Source: Calcarisporiella thermophila CBS 279.70
Lineage: Eukaryota > Fungi > Calcarisporiellomycota
Assembly (NCBI RefSeq): GCF_041956535.1
Contig: NW_027192198.1
Coordinates: 62,001 to 126,000, forward strand
DNA: 64,000 bases
Reading direction: 5' to 3'
Position 1 is the first letter of the stretch. Every line of letters begins with the position of its first letter. The position numbers were made by a program, and so were the translations under genes. This document shows positions 36,538-53,784 of the stretch, piece after piece. The notes under the pieces are model-generated. The model ran no database searches and was not told the DNA's origin. It saw only the letters and a program-made list of their open reading frames with translations.

Positions 36538-38570
36538 TCACAAGGTGGAGAGCAGCATGCCCGCCACCACGCAGAGCATCCAGCCCAGGCCTCTTGGCGC
36601 TACCCCCTTGGGGGCGGAAGAGGTGGCCAGCACATCCGAATCCAGATAGAGGAAGGGGTCCCACACGATGGAGTTGGGGGCCTGGCCGCCAAGCTGCGTG
36701 CGCACGTCGGCTTGCGAGCCGAGCGTGTGCGCCACGACGGTGAAGTTTTCGGAGCTTTCGCCCAGCAGGGTGGTTTCCGCGGCGGAGAGGGCCAGCGCCT
36801 GGGGAAGGTACTGGGCGCCCAGCTCGGTGGTCGCCACCGTCTGGTTGACAGGGCTTGGGCCGGGGGCGCCCGCGGGATTGTTGGCCAGCGAGGAGAAGTT
36901 GCCCGCCGCGGGGAGATTGGCCCACTGCGCGGTGCGAACCCAGTCCCATCGGCCCTCGGACTGCATCCCCGTGCTGACCCCCTTGGTCACGTTGGTGTCG
37001 TTGGGAACGATTGGGTCAAGCAGGGTGATCACCTGGGAATGGAACACGGACACGAGTGCTAGCCGCGAATCCGTGGCGCTGAAGGGATAGTTCGCCACCA
37101 CCAGGTCGTATTTGAGGGTGTTCGGAAGCACCTCCGTGGTCATGTTGCCATACTCTTGGAACCGCAGTTTGGTGTTGGCGATGCGCATGCGCAGCCGCAC
37201 GCTGGTGGCGCCGTCGGCGGCGCTCAGCTCGGTTTGGAAGTAGTTGAGGCCGATGGGGTCCGTTAGGTTGCTGAAGGTGATGGGCGTCCAGGTTCGGTTC
37301 AGCGGCCACTCGGACAACACGCGGTCCCCCGAGTCAAACGCGCCGCCGCCATCCACGTCGGCAAACTCCACCAGCTTGTAGAGGGTCAGCCCGAAGGTGA
37401 AGTCCGCCATCACCACCTCCGGATTGGACGTGTCGAAATACGTGGCCCGCATCCTTGGGAACCCTCCCCCCTCGGTGGTGACCAGGAACCTCAGCCGGTT
37501 GTGCTCCTTTTCGGTGCTCTGCACGGTATCAACCCACCCCGTGGTTGCGTTGGGTTGCGAGGGAGTCTGGAACTCGCGCACATAAAAGAAGGCGTTATCG
37601 CTGTTATACCGCTCGTACTTGTGATGATATCCAGGGTAGTACCAGATCGGGAAGAAGCCCCACAAAAACAGGCCAGGCACAAAGGGCCGGTAGAAGCCTC
37701 CTCCGTAGCTACGAGGTTGGTAGACTCCCCTAGAGGAAAGCGGATGGATGCTGTTAGCATTCTGATCAGGACACTTCATCTTATACAGCTAGACTTACGG
37801 GTTTGTGGCTCTTCCGGGCGGCAAAAATGAGTTTCCATGGTAGGCAGGAGCATTGCCCAAAGGTGCTCCTTGTCCCCCTCGCTGCGAGGGCGGTGATGCA
37901 TTTCCTTTGGTAGGGCCGCCCGCAAACGAGCCTTTTCCTCCCAATCCGCCCTTGGCGCCCCCCTCCTCCTNNNNNNNNNNNNNNNNNNNNNNNNNNNNNN
38001 NNNNNNNNNNNNNNNNNNNNNNNNNNNNNNNNNNNNNNNNNNNNNNNNNNNNNNNNNNNNNNNNNNNNNNNNNNNNNNNNNNNNNNNNNNNNNNNNNNNN
38101 NNNNNNNNNNNNNNNNNNNNNNNNNNNNNNNNNNNNNNNNNNNNNNNNNNNNNNNNNNNNNNNNNNNNNNNNNNNNNNNNNNNNNNNNNNNNNNNNNNNN
38201 NNNNNNNNNNNNNNNNNNNNNNNNNNNNNNNNNNNNNNNNNNNNNNNNNNNNNNNNNNNNNNNNNNNNNNNNNNNNNNNNNNNNNNNNNNNNNNNNNNNN
38301 NNNNNNNNNNNNNNNNNNNNNNNNNNNNNNNNNNNNNNNNNNNNNNNNNNNNNNNNNNNNNNCCCCTCCTCCTCCTCCTCCCGCTCCTCCACCTTTTCCT
38401 CCTCCACCTGTTCCCCCTACGCCCCCTCCCCCTCCCCCTCCCTTTCCACCACCACCTCCTCCTCCCCCTCCTCCTCCTCTACCTCCTCCACCCCCCCCTC
38501 CTCTCCCTCCGTATACAAATAGGAAACAGGAGAACAAAACTAGGCAAAAGTATAGAAATGTAGGCTTCAT
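36538..38570 (-). CDS. Secreted or GPI/TM-anchored protein with a long Gly-rich N-terminus (spans an assembly gap)
   Basis: Signal peptide MKPTFLYFCLVLFSCFLFVYG, poly-Gly on both sides of the N gap, intron 37730-37798 joining in frame to a ~400-aa domain, hydrophobic C-terminus. Confidence 0.7.
37971..38361. other. Assembly gap (391 N) within a (CCT/CCC)n Gly-coding repeat
   Basis: Run of N flanked by cctcct repeats. Confidence 0.98.
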
Positions 38571-38906
38571 TCTATCACAAGTTATCAGAAGTGATCTTTC
38601 GACAAGTCCACCCAATCGCTCTAGGAAGGCAAATAAAAAAAACAATAAAGAGTCCTCCGTTCTACCCACTCGCTTGAGGCGGTAGACCAATTACCATCCT
38701 TATATGTCCAATCGAGAATTTCGTCACAAGTGCCAGCCGACTTTTCTAAATTTCCTCAGAACATGTAATTTCACTGGGCGAGGTTGCATTGCCTCCTCCC
38801 CGCCACCATTTTATTTTTCCGGCCTCCTGCAATCCCAAAGCCGTCGAAAAAAGAAACCTGGAAATCCTTCTATTGTTTGCATTTGTTTTCTAGATTTGGT
38901 GTGGCA

Positions 38907-42794
<3,888 letters not shown>

Positions 42795-42943
42795 TGACCT
42801 TTTTCATAAATTAAGGGATTCGAAGCTGTGCCACAATACAGTCATGAACTCAAGCACCGTCACAGATGGATAGACGCTGAGCGTAGTGATCCAATCTCTT
42901 TTGATCCAGCTTCCTCCGTGAAAAGATCGCAGATTCATAGATC

Positions 42944-43945
42944 ATGTCAGAACGAAAGGTAGGTGCTGATCCATGATTCTGTTAGAGAGCCTTGAGCAAT
43001 TTTCCCCTCTTTTGGGACTCCACTTTAATCTCTCTACATTGAATCACCTTCTAGGTTCTCAATAAATATTACCCCCCCGATTTCGATCCCTCGAAAATCC
43101 CGCGCCTCCGCCGGGAGAAGAATCAACAACATAAGGTCCGCCTTATGGCTCCGTTCAGTATGCGATGTGAAACGTGCGGTGAGTATATATACAAGGGCAA
43201 AAAATTCAACGCCCGCAAAGAAACCGTGGAAGGCGAGCAATATCTCAGCATCAAAATCTTTCGATTTTACATCCGATGTCCACGATGTTCGGCGGAGATC
43301 ACGTTCAAAACCGATCCAAAGAATACCGATTATGTGGCAGAGCTAGGCGCTAGTCGCAATTTCGAGCCTTGGCGCGATGAAGAAAGAGAGATGGAGCGTG
43401 CGAGAGAGGAGAGGGAGGTTGAGGAGGAAGAGAATCCAATGAAGGCCCTCGAGAACCGAACCCTCGATTCGAAGCGCGAGATGGACATCCTCGATGCATT
43501 GGACGAGATTCGGCTAAGAAATGCTCAACAGGAAAGAGTGAACGCGGATAGTGTCCTGGAGAAGGTTGTAAAGAGTGCAGAGCAGGAAGAGGAGGAGAGG
43601 AGAAGAGCTGAAGAGGAGGAGGACGAGCGGTTGGCACGGGAAGCCTTTAGGAAAGTGCGTGAAGAGAATGGGGAAGTGGCGGTTGGGGATGAAGGGAGAG
43701 AGGTTTTGGAGAACCCGGTTGCGATTGCTTTGGGTGCCTCTGCTCCTACTGCTACAATTTCAAAGTCCTCTCTCTCTCTGGAAGAATCTAGGTCAACAGC
43801 CGTGCCCAACCCCCCCTCGTCGCCAGGCGATGCAAATAACAAAGCTAACGGGACAATCGCTGGCGATAAAGCGAATGGAAGTGGACAGAAGAAGCGCAAG
43901 CTCAATGCTTCCTTGCTTGGCATTGTTGTGAAAAAGAAGAAGTAA
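42944..43945 (+). CDS. YJU2: Splicing factor Yju2/CCDC94 (Cwf16)
   Basis: MSERK|[35 protein letters not shown] and [10 protein letters not shown]. Confidence 0.93.
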
Positions 43946-44224
43946 CCAATGTATTCGGTCGTGCTCTTTTTCATTTTCTCTCCCTTCTTGTTCCACTTCT
44001 GTCATGTGTAATAATAATAATCATGAAGATCAAATGGATGGACCATATGATCTGAAACTTTTCTGAAACTTTTTTGTACGATGGGTGCAGTAACTCCGCA
44101 AATAAAATTAAAAAGAGGATTCGGTTGCGTTCAGAGGAATTAATGTATTTAAGTAAAACAAAAAAAAAGTAGAGCGAAAATAGATTAGGCACAATAATGT
44201 TCTGTTACCACCCATTGCTTCGGA

Positions 44225-44891
44225 ATGAGGTTGTCTACCGTGATCACCGCTTTTATCCTTGCTACATTTTCTCATGGAGATGTTAATATAACCGCACCCT
44301 CTCCTCTCTCGAGCATTAACGCCAATGAACATCTAGTATCTATTCTTGGAATTCGATGCTGTTGCTCCTTTCTGGTGGCTAATCCACGGCTTCTTCATAG
44401 AACATAGCATATACTCTGACGAATAACCACAACACAACCAGTGTCACCATCGGTCTTCTCACGAAAAATAGCCGTGTGGACCATTATGCTGTTGAGATTG
44501 CAGAGAAAGGCCCCGCCGATGCATCCAACCACTATACCGTATGTAGCTCTGCTTTTATATTTCCTAGGCATCTCCCAAAGTGCCCATACCTCTCCTTACT
44601 AACCGTGGCATTTGTGTATCGCAGTGGATAGTGCCAAAGGGTCTTTCTGGGCTCTATTTCCTCTGCGTCAATCAATCCGTGCGCGACTCCAGAGGGAGGC
44701 TAGGGGTTGCGCAGACCACCGTACCGCTCACTTTTGTGGGGGAGGGGGGGAATCGGACCATAGAGAGCGTTCGAATCAGCGGAAACGAGACGTCCCATAC
44801 CGCGCTGGAGAGCGAGGGACACCGGGTGGAAGTCGGCTGGTGGATTGGGCTGATGAGTGCTGCTTTGATGCATCTTTTGTCATTAAAATAA
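44225..44891 (+). CDS. Small secreted, probably GPI-anchored cell-surface protein
   Basis: Signal peptide, two introns giving ...NHYTWIVPKGLSGLYFL, hydrophobic C-terminus. Resembles Kre9-N/Ser-Thr-rich GPI family (inference). Confidence 0.6.
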
Positions 44892-45235
44892 AAGGAACCT
44901 TAGTTTTTTAGATTGGCTTTTTAAATTAGAGTTGGTCCTTAGAAATTGCAGGCTCCCGTTTTCCCCGGAAAATTAATCCTTCCGCATTTTCAAAGTCAAT
45001 CCAAGCTGCCAAAGTGGACCATAAGGGGGGGGGGGGGGATTCACAGTGGTTATTATTCAGCAGAGAATGGCTCTGGCCACAAAGAAAATGAAAACATTGT
45101 ATTGACATATAAACAATTAACAAAAGAATCTCCGACAAAATCATGCTTGTAATTACAATAAGGGGGGAATATATAGAATTCAATCATATACAGGGTTGAT
45201 TAGTAAGATAGGGGAGTCATCTTCGGTGGCATCAT

Positions 45236-45639
45236 CTATCTTGCTAGTTCTAGCAGGGATCCGCCGTGCCCCGCCAGCAACGGGCTACTGTCCTGAATAT
45301 CCACTTCAATATCGGGCTGTTCGGGGAACAGCTTTTCTCCCTCCAGCCGTCGCTGCCGAGCCTCCCACACGAAGAAAACCGCGAATATGTGTGCGAAGAA
45401 GAGGCCTGCAAGCGATTCCGGATGTTGGCGGGCCATGATCGTACTATTTAGTAAAAGAGAGTCCATATTAGTTTCGCGGTGAAATAGGAAACTAGATATC
45501 TTGGCGAAAGAGAAAATTCTTACGTTAGATCACTGAAGGAATGAGTGTCGAGTGGAATGCTTGAGAATGCTTGGAATGCGTTGACGTGGTACGCGACGAG
45601 AGCGAGCGCGAGTAAGTGCAATAGCAGCTTGGTCAGCAT
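45236..45639 (-). CDS. Small single-pass membrane protein with signal peptide (~107 aa)
   Basis: MLTKLLLHLLALALVAYHVNA..., a gtaaga...actaat...tag intron that splices in frame, then TM LAGLFFAHIFAVFFVW. Confidence 0.55.
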
Positions 45640-46739
45640 GGTAGTGGTGTGGTTGCCGCAAGGAGAGAGAGGAAGAGGGAGAGAGGAGGAGAATGAAAGG
45701 CTGCTTAATTATATACTTTTTAATTAATAAGACAGAGGGAAGCATTCGGATAACATTTTACCACCTGCGCCCAAACCAGGCAATTCGGTGGTCCTGAGCG
45801 TATAAGCTTTCGGAGCATCTCAGTCGGTGACGTATTCTGATACATCAAAACTGTAAATCTTGTCACCGTTCCAAAGGGCGGCCCCTACAATGAGCTGGTC
45901 GACTGTGCTACGTCACCCCTGCCTCCTCTTAGGATATAGAGTTTGCGCGCGCTTGCTGATTCCAGATACAGATGGTGTCAACGGGTGGAGTGGATATTAG
46001 TCAAGTTTCCTGCGTAGCGATCCGCATGCTCGAGATTAGGAATCCTTCGAAATGCCCGACTCAACTGAGCCAGTTTCCATCCAAGGCAATCGGGCTCAAT
46101 TCTCGGACGCCATAAGTAGAAAGGATAAACTGGCCCAATGTTTTTTTTCTCTATGCTGAAACTTCTGGAACACTTCGTTAACTGCCTCGTCTCGAAGCGT
46201 TTCTAGGTCTTCTCTCCCGAATCTTTGCTCTTGGACTCGGACTGCTGGGGGGCCGCTGAGCTGCTGAGTCCGAGGCCAAACCGTGCCCGCTGTTTCCCAC
46301 AGCTGCGCTGTAGCTTGGCACCCGGAAAGCGGGTCAGCGAAGCCAACCTTATGTCGGCTGGAAGCTCACAGAACAAAAATCCAAAGTTCTATAACAGCAA
46401 ATATTAACTTGCAATCGATTGGCCGGCGCAGGGGGAAGCGAAGAAGCCACTGGAGATTTGCCCCAGCTCCAAAGCTGGTGAGAAAGAACAGATTGGGACG
46501 GAAGAAAAATTAATGCAGCGTATCCCCACTCTTTTTCCTCTTTACTGTTGAAACCTAATCCCGTTTGCACTTCTCCAATTCCGCCCTCTCCATTGATCCC
46601 CGCATGTCGCCTCATTAATCGGAATTCTCTGGCACAACGGACACTCTCTTCCTTGTTCTCCCGGTTCTTATCAATCCAAAGCTCTTGCACTTTGCACACT
46701 TCTCCTTCTTTTTTACCATTCCCCCCCCCCGCCACCATT

Positions 46740-47983
46740 ATGGAGGAAGCTCTTAAGAACATTGGGCAGACCATCGACCAGAATCGCATTGTGTTCACAG
46801 AGGTGCTAGGCGTGGGCGCTTACGGCGTAGTCTATCGTGCCAAATTCACTTCTCCCTCTATACCTCCCAGGTGGCTTGCTGTCAAATGTCTAAACAACCG
46901 GGGCCTAGACTCGCGTCAGCGTCATTTCCAGTTCCGAGAAATCACGCTACACACCCAGGTGTCATCGCACCCAAACATACTTACCCTTGAGAAAGTGATC
47001 GAGACGGACGACTTGATCTATGTCGTGTTGGAGTATTGTGATGAGGGCGATCTGTTTTCCGCCATTGTTGATCGTGGAAAGTATACGGGTAACGACGCAC
47101 TAGTGAAGAAAGTGTTCCTACAGATACTGGACGCTGTGATGTATTGCCACAAACGAGGTGTGTCATGCCTGCATTGCTCTCCCTTTGCCATTTTCTTTTG
47201 GAATGGCTGTCCTCTCTCCCGGCATTTCTAACTCGACGCGATTTTTTCTCCCTCTTAGGAGTATATCACCGCGATCTTAAACCGGAGAACATCATGGTAT
47301 TTTCCGGTTGCCAAGTGGTTAAGCTAGCAGACTTTGGACTCGCAACTACGCAGAGATACTCCACCGAGTTTGGCTGTGGAAGCTTATTTTACCAATCACC
47401 AGGTAAGCTCGATGGCGATCGGCACTCCCTCTCCTTCATATACCCATCCATGCCCAAATTTCCCATGTTATACATGTCTAATACCAATGCGTGCTTCATA
47501 TTTACAGAATGTCTTGGCGGCCTTGACCGTCGCCTGCAAAACTATGAAACTCCCCCAAACGATATTTGGTCGCTGGGCATCATATTGGTTAATCTTATTG
47601 CCGGACGTAACCCTTGGAAACAGGCAACTCTAGCTGACCCGACCTTCCGCGCCTTTTTGCGGGATCCCAATGTGCTAGGTGCAATTCTCCCGCTAAGTTT
47701 TGAGGCCGTATCAGTGCTGAAGCGGGTGTTCGAAATAGACCCGAAGCTAAGAGTTGGGCTGGGAGAGTTGAAGGACCAGATCATGGGGATGCGATCTTTT
47801 AGACGGGCGATTCCGATTCCAAGACCCATCATGCCTGTGGTAGCGGGCTCAGGCGTGGGGATGGGTTGTAGAGGAGGCAGTAAAAACTCGACCACCACCA
47901 CATCTGGCTCACCCTCGCAGTCGTGTACTGTATCAGTAGAACCTGTACAAAAGAACAAAAATCTATTGGTACTGGGTGGCTGA
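46740..47983 (+). CDS. Ser/Thr kinase, Ran1/Pat1 (Sks1/Vhs1) family
   Basis: LGVGAYGVVY, AVKCL, HRDLKPEN, DFGLAT, GCGSLFYQSPEC and GRNPWKQA motifs. Two introns. Confidence 0.88.
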
Positions 47984-48989
47984 TCAAATGTTGTCTCATT
48001 TTTCCTCTTTACTGTTCCCATTACGTGCACACTATATACCATAGCGCTTTTTTTTGTTGAGTTTGTAGAGCGGTGTTGATGATTCCTTTCTTTTTAGTTT
48101 GATTGTCTTGTTCAGTTTTTTTTAGTTAAAAACACTATTGATACATATTTGTGATTTTATACTTTGTTATTTTCCTATTTTTTTTTTATTATTTCCTGTG
48201 GTTTTTAAACGTATTTGTATCTATTTCAACGTTATTCTATATAATAATAACTCCCATTTCATGTTCGCCCATGGACGAAAGAGAATATGGCTAGCTTTCT
48301 ATTATATACAATTTGCACGCTTGCTTTCTTAAACTTTAAGCCTCGGGCTTCCCCCGCATGTGGAGGATGAGCACTAACACTACATAGTTTCAGCTTCATT
48401 ATGATTGGCGTTTTTCTGACACTTGTTACATCGAAGGTGATGCGTGACTCAGCTTAGAGGTCTGTGGGAAGATTACCATTACTCCTTGGAAAAATGCGAA
48501 AGGTTTCCCGAATTTTCCTATCTCTTCACTATGTATTGTAACGCCCTATTAAACTAAATTTGAATTAGCCTTGACAAGTTTCGATGCATCTTTTCTTCTT
48601 TTTCCATAATGCGCAGTTGCACGCTTTCAGAGAAATCTTCTATCACTCTTGGATTGGATCGAAATTTAATTGATCCTAGGCCCCCACTTGCTCGGAGAAT
48701 ACCCGATGCCACCGGTGCTCCGGAGTCGAAAGTAGCGATATTCAAGAGGCTTCAAGAACAGAAACACGGACCAAAGCCCGAAGGCACCTCCCAGGTCTCT
48801 CTAATATGGCTTATTTGGATATAGCGAAGGTGGAGGTTGGATGTTTATGAATGCAGGAGTTCTCGGTCACTCTGACCGAGAGCTGGAATTGGTGGCTTAA
48901 TGCTCTCCTTGTGATTATTTTTACGTTTCTTGGCACTACCCCATTGACTTAACCATTAATAACGTGTCATCAGCACACAAATATTAGCG

Positions 48990-50345
48990 ATGGCATCTTT
49001 ACTCTTTGCAGACATCCATTTTCCTGAAGAACTTTTTGACCCAGACACTGGAGATTTTACTGCGCCAGTGCAGACATTGCTCCGGTTCACTCCCCATATA
49101 TTAAGCGAGATGCCCAAAAAGGTGCAGGAGCCGATGCGGCGGGAAGATTCTGATCCCATGTTTTTTGCTGCACATCAAGCGCAAAATCATAAGCAGAAAC
49201 AGCCCCAGCAGGACAGAGACAGAGAAAGTGGCACGGATAGAATACTCAAGAGTGTGGGAGGATGGATGAGTTCTGAACTCGTGCGCAACCTCGCTAAGAG
49301 CTCCTTTAAATTTTGTGTGGAGGTCGCACGTGCCTACGCAGAGGGACAATCCAATGCCCATTTCAAAGCATCTAGTGAGGAAAATGTTAACAAGCGCAGA
49401 GAAAAGAAACGGCACAGAGGCTGGGACAAAGAAACACTATGGGAGATCAAAATGGAGCAAAAGAGGGAAAGAGAAAAGGATAAGGAGAGAAGAGAAAAAG
49501 AACAAAAGGAGAAAGACAAGAGTAAAAAGGAAAAGGAGAAGGAAAAAGAGGCGAATAATGATAATGGGGAAAGCTCAAATAAGGAGACAAAGGATAAAAA
49601 CGAAAATAGCAAGAGTAAAGAAAATGAAATGGTCGTTAGTGCCCTTGGTGCCCTTGCTGCTCTTACCATCTCGCTCTACTCCTCCTATCGTGCGTCCCAG
49701 AGCTGGGGTGAGGTATCCTTTTATCATCAGCTCGACCTACTTCTCCAGCACGTATCTGAATCACTCTCAAGCACCCGTGCCTGGGTGGAGGAGCGCCGTC
49801 GTCTTGGCCTCGAGATTCCCTCCATTGTCACTGAAGATTTGAGAAAATTGACCAAACTCCTGGATTTAATACAGCGTTTAGACAACCGACCGGAGAAACG
49901 AACCGAGACAGCCGCTTGGGTGACCTCTGCCATGGGGGGGATGGGTGCACTGGGTGGACTTGCTTTAGGAAGTACAATGGTACTCACAGGGGGTGCCGTG
50001 ATCGCGGTGGGTGGCCTTGTGGTAGGCGCGGCAGCAATAGGCCGATTCTCTGGGCGAGCTTACAAAGGGGCTAGAATGGCGACGGAAGAAGAGGCTCGGA
50101 CAGTGCTGCAACTCCTAGTAAAAAACCGGGAAGAACGCGCGGCAGAGGTATTACGAGTTTTCCAAGAGCTCAAGAGGAGAAGAGAAGAGTCCATGGTCAA
50201 ACAAATCGAGCAGAACACGGGGAAGTCACCAATGGTGGAGCAAATGTGGAAAGAGCGCACTAAAATCGAGGGCGAAGGCATACAAATTAAGGAGAGAGAG
50301 GCGATACCCAGGCACTCGAGGTTGCCCAATGACTTGGCGGCATGA
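48990..50345 (+). CDS. Hypothetical intronless membrane protein with K/E-rich tract and Gly-rich hydrophobic hairpin
   Basis: 451-aa ORF with hydrophobic segments VVSALGALAALTISLY and AMGGMGALGGLALG...AAAIG. Confidence 0.7.
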   Translation: MASLLFADIHFPEELFDPDTGDFTAPVQTLLRFTPHILSEMPKKVQEPMRREDSDPMFFAAHQAQNHKQKQPQQDRDRESGTDRILKSVGGWMSSELVRNLAKSSFKFCVEVARAYAEGQSNAHFKASSEENVNKRREKKRHRGWDKETLWEIKMEQKREREKDKERREKEQKEKDKSKKEKEKEKEANNDNGESSNKETKDKNENSKSKENEMVVSALGALAALTISLYSSYRASQSWGEVSFYHQLDLLLQHVSESLSSTRAWVEERRRLGLEIPSIVTEDLRKLTKLLDLIQRLDNRPEKRTETAAWVTSAMGGMGALGGLALGSTMVLTGGAVIAVGGLVVGAAAIGRFSGRAYKGARMATEEEARTVLQLLVKNREERAAEVLRVFQELKRRREESMVKQIEQNTGKSPMVEQMWKERTKIEGEGIQIKEREAIPRHSRLPNDLAA

Positions 50346-51484
50346 TCGGGATTCACTTTCATTTTTTTCATTATTGTATGTAAACCTTTATTTGTGCAAT
50401 TGAACTGTTAATACCAGCACGGCTATTTGATTTTTTCTTTGTAGTGATGGATACTTGAATCTACCCTATATTTTTTTCTTGACGCAACCCACCTCTCCGG
50501 TCATTGTTTTTGAAATTGGTTCCTTCCTGGCCAATTCGGCTTTCGTCAATTAGGTCAGTATTGGAGTATTAGCTAAGAACTCGTGCCTACGCACCTGGGC
50601 TTGACCCACAAAGCTGGCCTAGCTGTATCTGGTTTTTGGGCATGTATTTAGATGTATATCCATTCAAACAGCTCCCATGCCTCCCGCCTGGCTTCCTCTC
50701 CTTTAATTTTTCCACCGATTTGATTCATTTTACTACATGGTATTGAATCACGGCTCCCAAGCCCCATTCCCATCGACGGCCGATCCTAGTCCACGAATTG
50801 GAGGCCTCCTTTAATATAATAAGCGTTTTTTGGTGAAACAGCCATCCCACCATTGACAGCTCAGGCTATCGCTTAATATCTCTTTGTTGAAAGCGTGGAT
50901 CGTAAAAAATAAAGCAACGAGAAACCTCGGATGAAATCAAAACACCTGTTTCGTAGAATTATAGCACATGGAGGTGATGATACTCCACGAGAACGTAGAC
51001 ATCATGTGCTTACAACGCGATTTCTCCCCTTTCTTGAAAAAGTTCCATCGGAGTTGTGATTGTACCACAATGGCTATTTTTTTTTCGTTTTTCGAGCACT
51101 ATTAATTTCTTGTGAACTCTCTCTTTTATTGTGAGAGTTCCAGCCTGAAAGTGAGCCACCCGGAATACCATGAAGACGTATAAAAAAACCAACACAATTT
51201 TTCCGCACCAGAGCCTCTAAAGGTGTTTTTCTGATGACTACTTTATTTCAACCCCATTTGTGTTTTTAGTCCCTCTGGTCTCTTTTGTTTATTTGTTTTT
51301 TACAGTTCTATTGTAGATTGTAGATTGTTTTTCCTATTTAAAGATATCTTCTTGCATTTACCAGCTCTAAACAAGTTGGACGCGAACAATGCAACTTTAT
51401 ATCTCTCCTCATGTGCACTTTTTTGGATTATCTTTAAGTTGCCTTCCTATATTTCTCTCATAGCAATCTGAGGCAATATTCTAC

Positions 51485-52845
51485 ATGGATAAAGGGATCT
51501 CCTTTGAGCAGGAAGAGATACTTTTGGTCATAGTGCGAGTCACCAGTGCTATCAGTATATTTTGTTCATCTACTGCCGTTGTTGTAAGCTTTTTGTATGC
51601 AATCTAAGGGTTAACCCTTGTTATTTAGTAGCTATTTTTTTTTCTCCTCTCTAGAAATTAACCTATATTGATCCCACTTATAACGTGAAGCAATTCCTTC
51701 TGCTCTATATGTCAATTGCAGATATCATCTCTAGCTTGTGTCGGTTTCTTGGCAGGTAGTAAACACTCTAGTTGCTGGGTACACCATAGTTTCAACTCAC
51801 TCGCCTGGCCTAATCTTTTCCGTGTAGATGGACCTGTTCATACAAAGAAGAATCCTTATCTATCTTTTGTCTCTTCCAAGTCTTTGGTATTCAATTCGGC
51901 GATATTGCATCCCTCTTGGCGACCTTTTCCCTGAGCTTAAATCTCCTTTGGCTTATTTATTTTCGTTTTCCCATGACGCGGGTTTCGCTCGTTGCTCTCC
52001 TTTATCTCTCCTTCATCCTGATTCTCTCCCTTACGTTTGCTGCCACCTCGCTTCTCATTGGAGGGTATAAGAACACTATTTTCGGCTGTTCTGTAATGGA
52101 CAAAAGCATTCTGGTACCCTACCTGATAATCCTATGGTCTGTGTTGGTGGGGAACGTCACCATTTACCTTTTGGTTGGATGGAGGGTATGGCGCGTACAA
52201 GGAGAAGAGGAGGGGGAGAGCAGGCGCAGTGCGGCGGAGAGGGCATCTCAATTCCGAGTTCAGTACGTGCGCACTGCCTCTTGCTTCATTATGGCGTTTG
52301 TATTCACTTGGACTGCATTCACATTGCATCGGATCTTCCAAATGTCCTCCCTGAACATCTCCTTTGCGCTTCTTTTTTTCGATGCCTTTTGCACTCCACT
52401 TCGCGGCTTCACTAACTGTCTAGCCTATATACTCACCTTCTCTCTCTTCACCCATTACCGCCCGACCTTGGCGGGTCACCTCTCACCCACTCAATCCGCT
52501 CACCCTCCGCCTGCTCCACCCCAACCGCACTCGGTCAATTCCTCGCTCCCACTTCTGCAAAGCAATCATCTTCCCGCTCGTCTCGCGACCCCGTCCCCAT
52601 CAGAGACACCCCATTTGAATCGAACGTCCTCTTTTGTCTCGACTCTAAACCGGAATATAGACATAGAACCAGGACTGCCGCCTCTCCCGCCTCTTCTGCT
52701 TCACCAACCCGTTCATCCCAATCGACTGAGCCCCCTCGATAGCGATTCTGCGGATGCGCGGCATTCCTCAGTGCTCTCCTCGTCAGGTACAGAAGATGAG
52801 TACACAAGTGTGCCTATTGTGGTACTGGCACCCCTCAGAGTTTAA
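51485..52845 (+). CDS. 7-TM GPCR, cAMP-receptor-like
   Basis: Spliced product reads VRVTSAISIFCS, LLYMSIADIIS, CLFQVFGIQFGD, FIMAFVFTW and PLRGFTNCLAY, followed by a Pro/Ser-rich tail. Confidence 0.72.
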
Positions 52846-53403
52846 CTTTGTTGTGATACCTTCATTTGAAACTTCATCCCCTTTCAACTCTAACCTCAAC
52901 TCTATATTGGCAATCTAAAAAAATTGGCGCTCTATTTTATGTAAAAGGGGACATCGATCTTGAAGCGTAATTAGGCTATACTATCTGATAATGGTTATTT
53001 TTATTTTTCTAACAGATGACTGAATTCTTTAACTGTACAGTGGCTTCATTGAATTCGCCCAGTTTTGATTTTTTTATTTTTTTATTTTAATTTATTGCTT
53101 TTCGACGAACAAAGTTTTCTATTATACGATTGAGAGTTCAAACGAACCACGTATCCATATAAAATATTTATGCACGGTTGAATAACATAAGATATATTGA
53201 AATGCGCAGAGGGTGTGCGCTAGGGGGAGCTTCGTAGTGATCTCGATTAACAAAGAAAGAACCAAATTATCTTTATTACAGTGAAAGTTCAGTTAATATA
53301 TACTGTACGTACGGAAAATGACATTACAAGGCCCAACCAGATAATATCCGGTGTTCAAAAGTAAAAGAATTATTTAAGTGACTATCCTATTATTACAAGC
53401 CTA

Positions 53404-53784
53404 TTAACATCTCAAAAACACCGATTTAAACTTAATTGGTGGTTCGAATGTATGTTGTTGAGCCGTTCCCTGATAAACCACACTGCCCTTACATCCTTCG
53501 CTAGCATACATGAAGTATTGTAACACATCGGGAGTGGCGTCGAGGTTTTTAGTGGGATCAGAGTCATCAAGACCATAGCATTGGTTAGGGGTGCCTCCGG
53601 TTTGGCGACTATATGATCCTTTGAAGCCTGTAATTGATAACATAGAGAAAGCACCTCAGCATGGTATACTACTAGTACACCCATCCATTATTTTATACCC
53701 ACGTATAGTGCAAATGTCTCCTCTCGCTTGAGTAATAGCTACGATGGCGAAAGTGGCAATTGACAAAAAAACGATCGTTTTCAT
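53404..53784 (-). CDS. Small secreted 4-Cys protein (~100 aa)
   Basis: MKTIVFLSIATFAIVAITQA signal, one intron, mature part ends ...KSVFLRC*. Confidence 0.7.
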
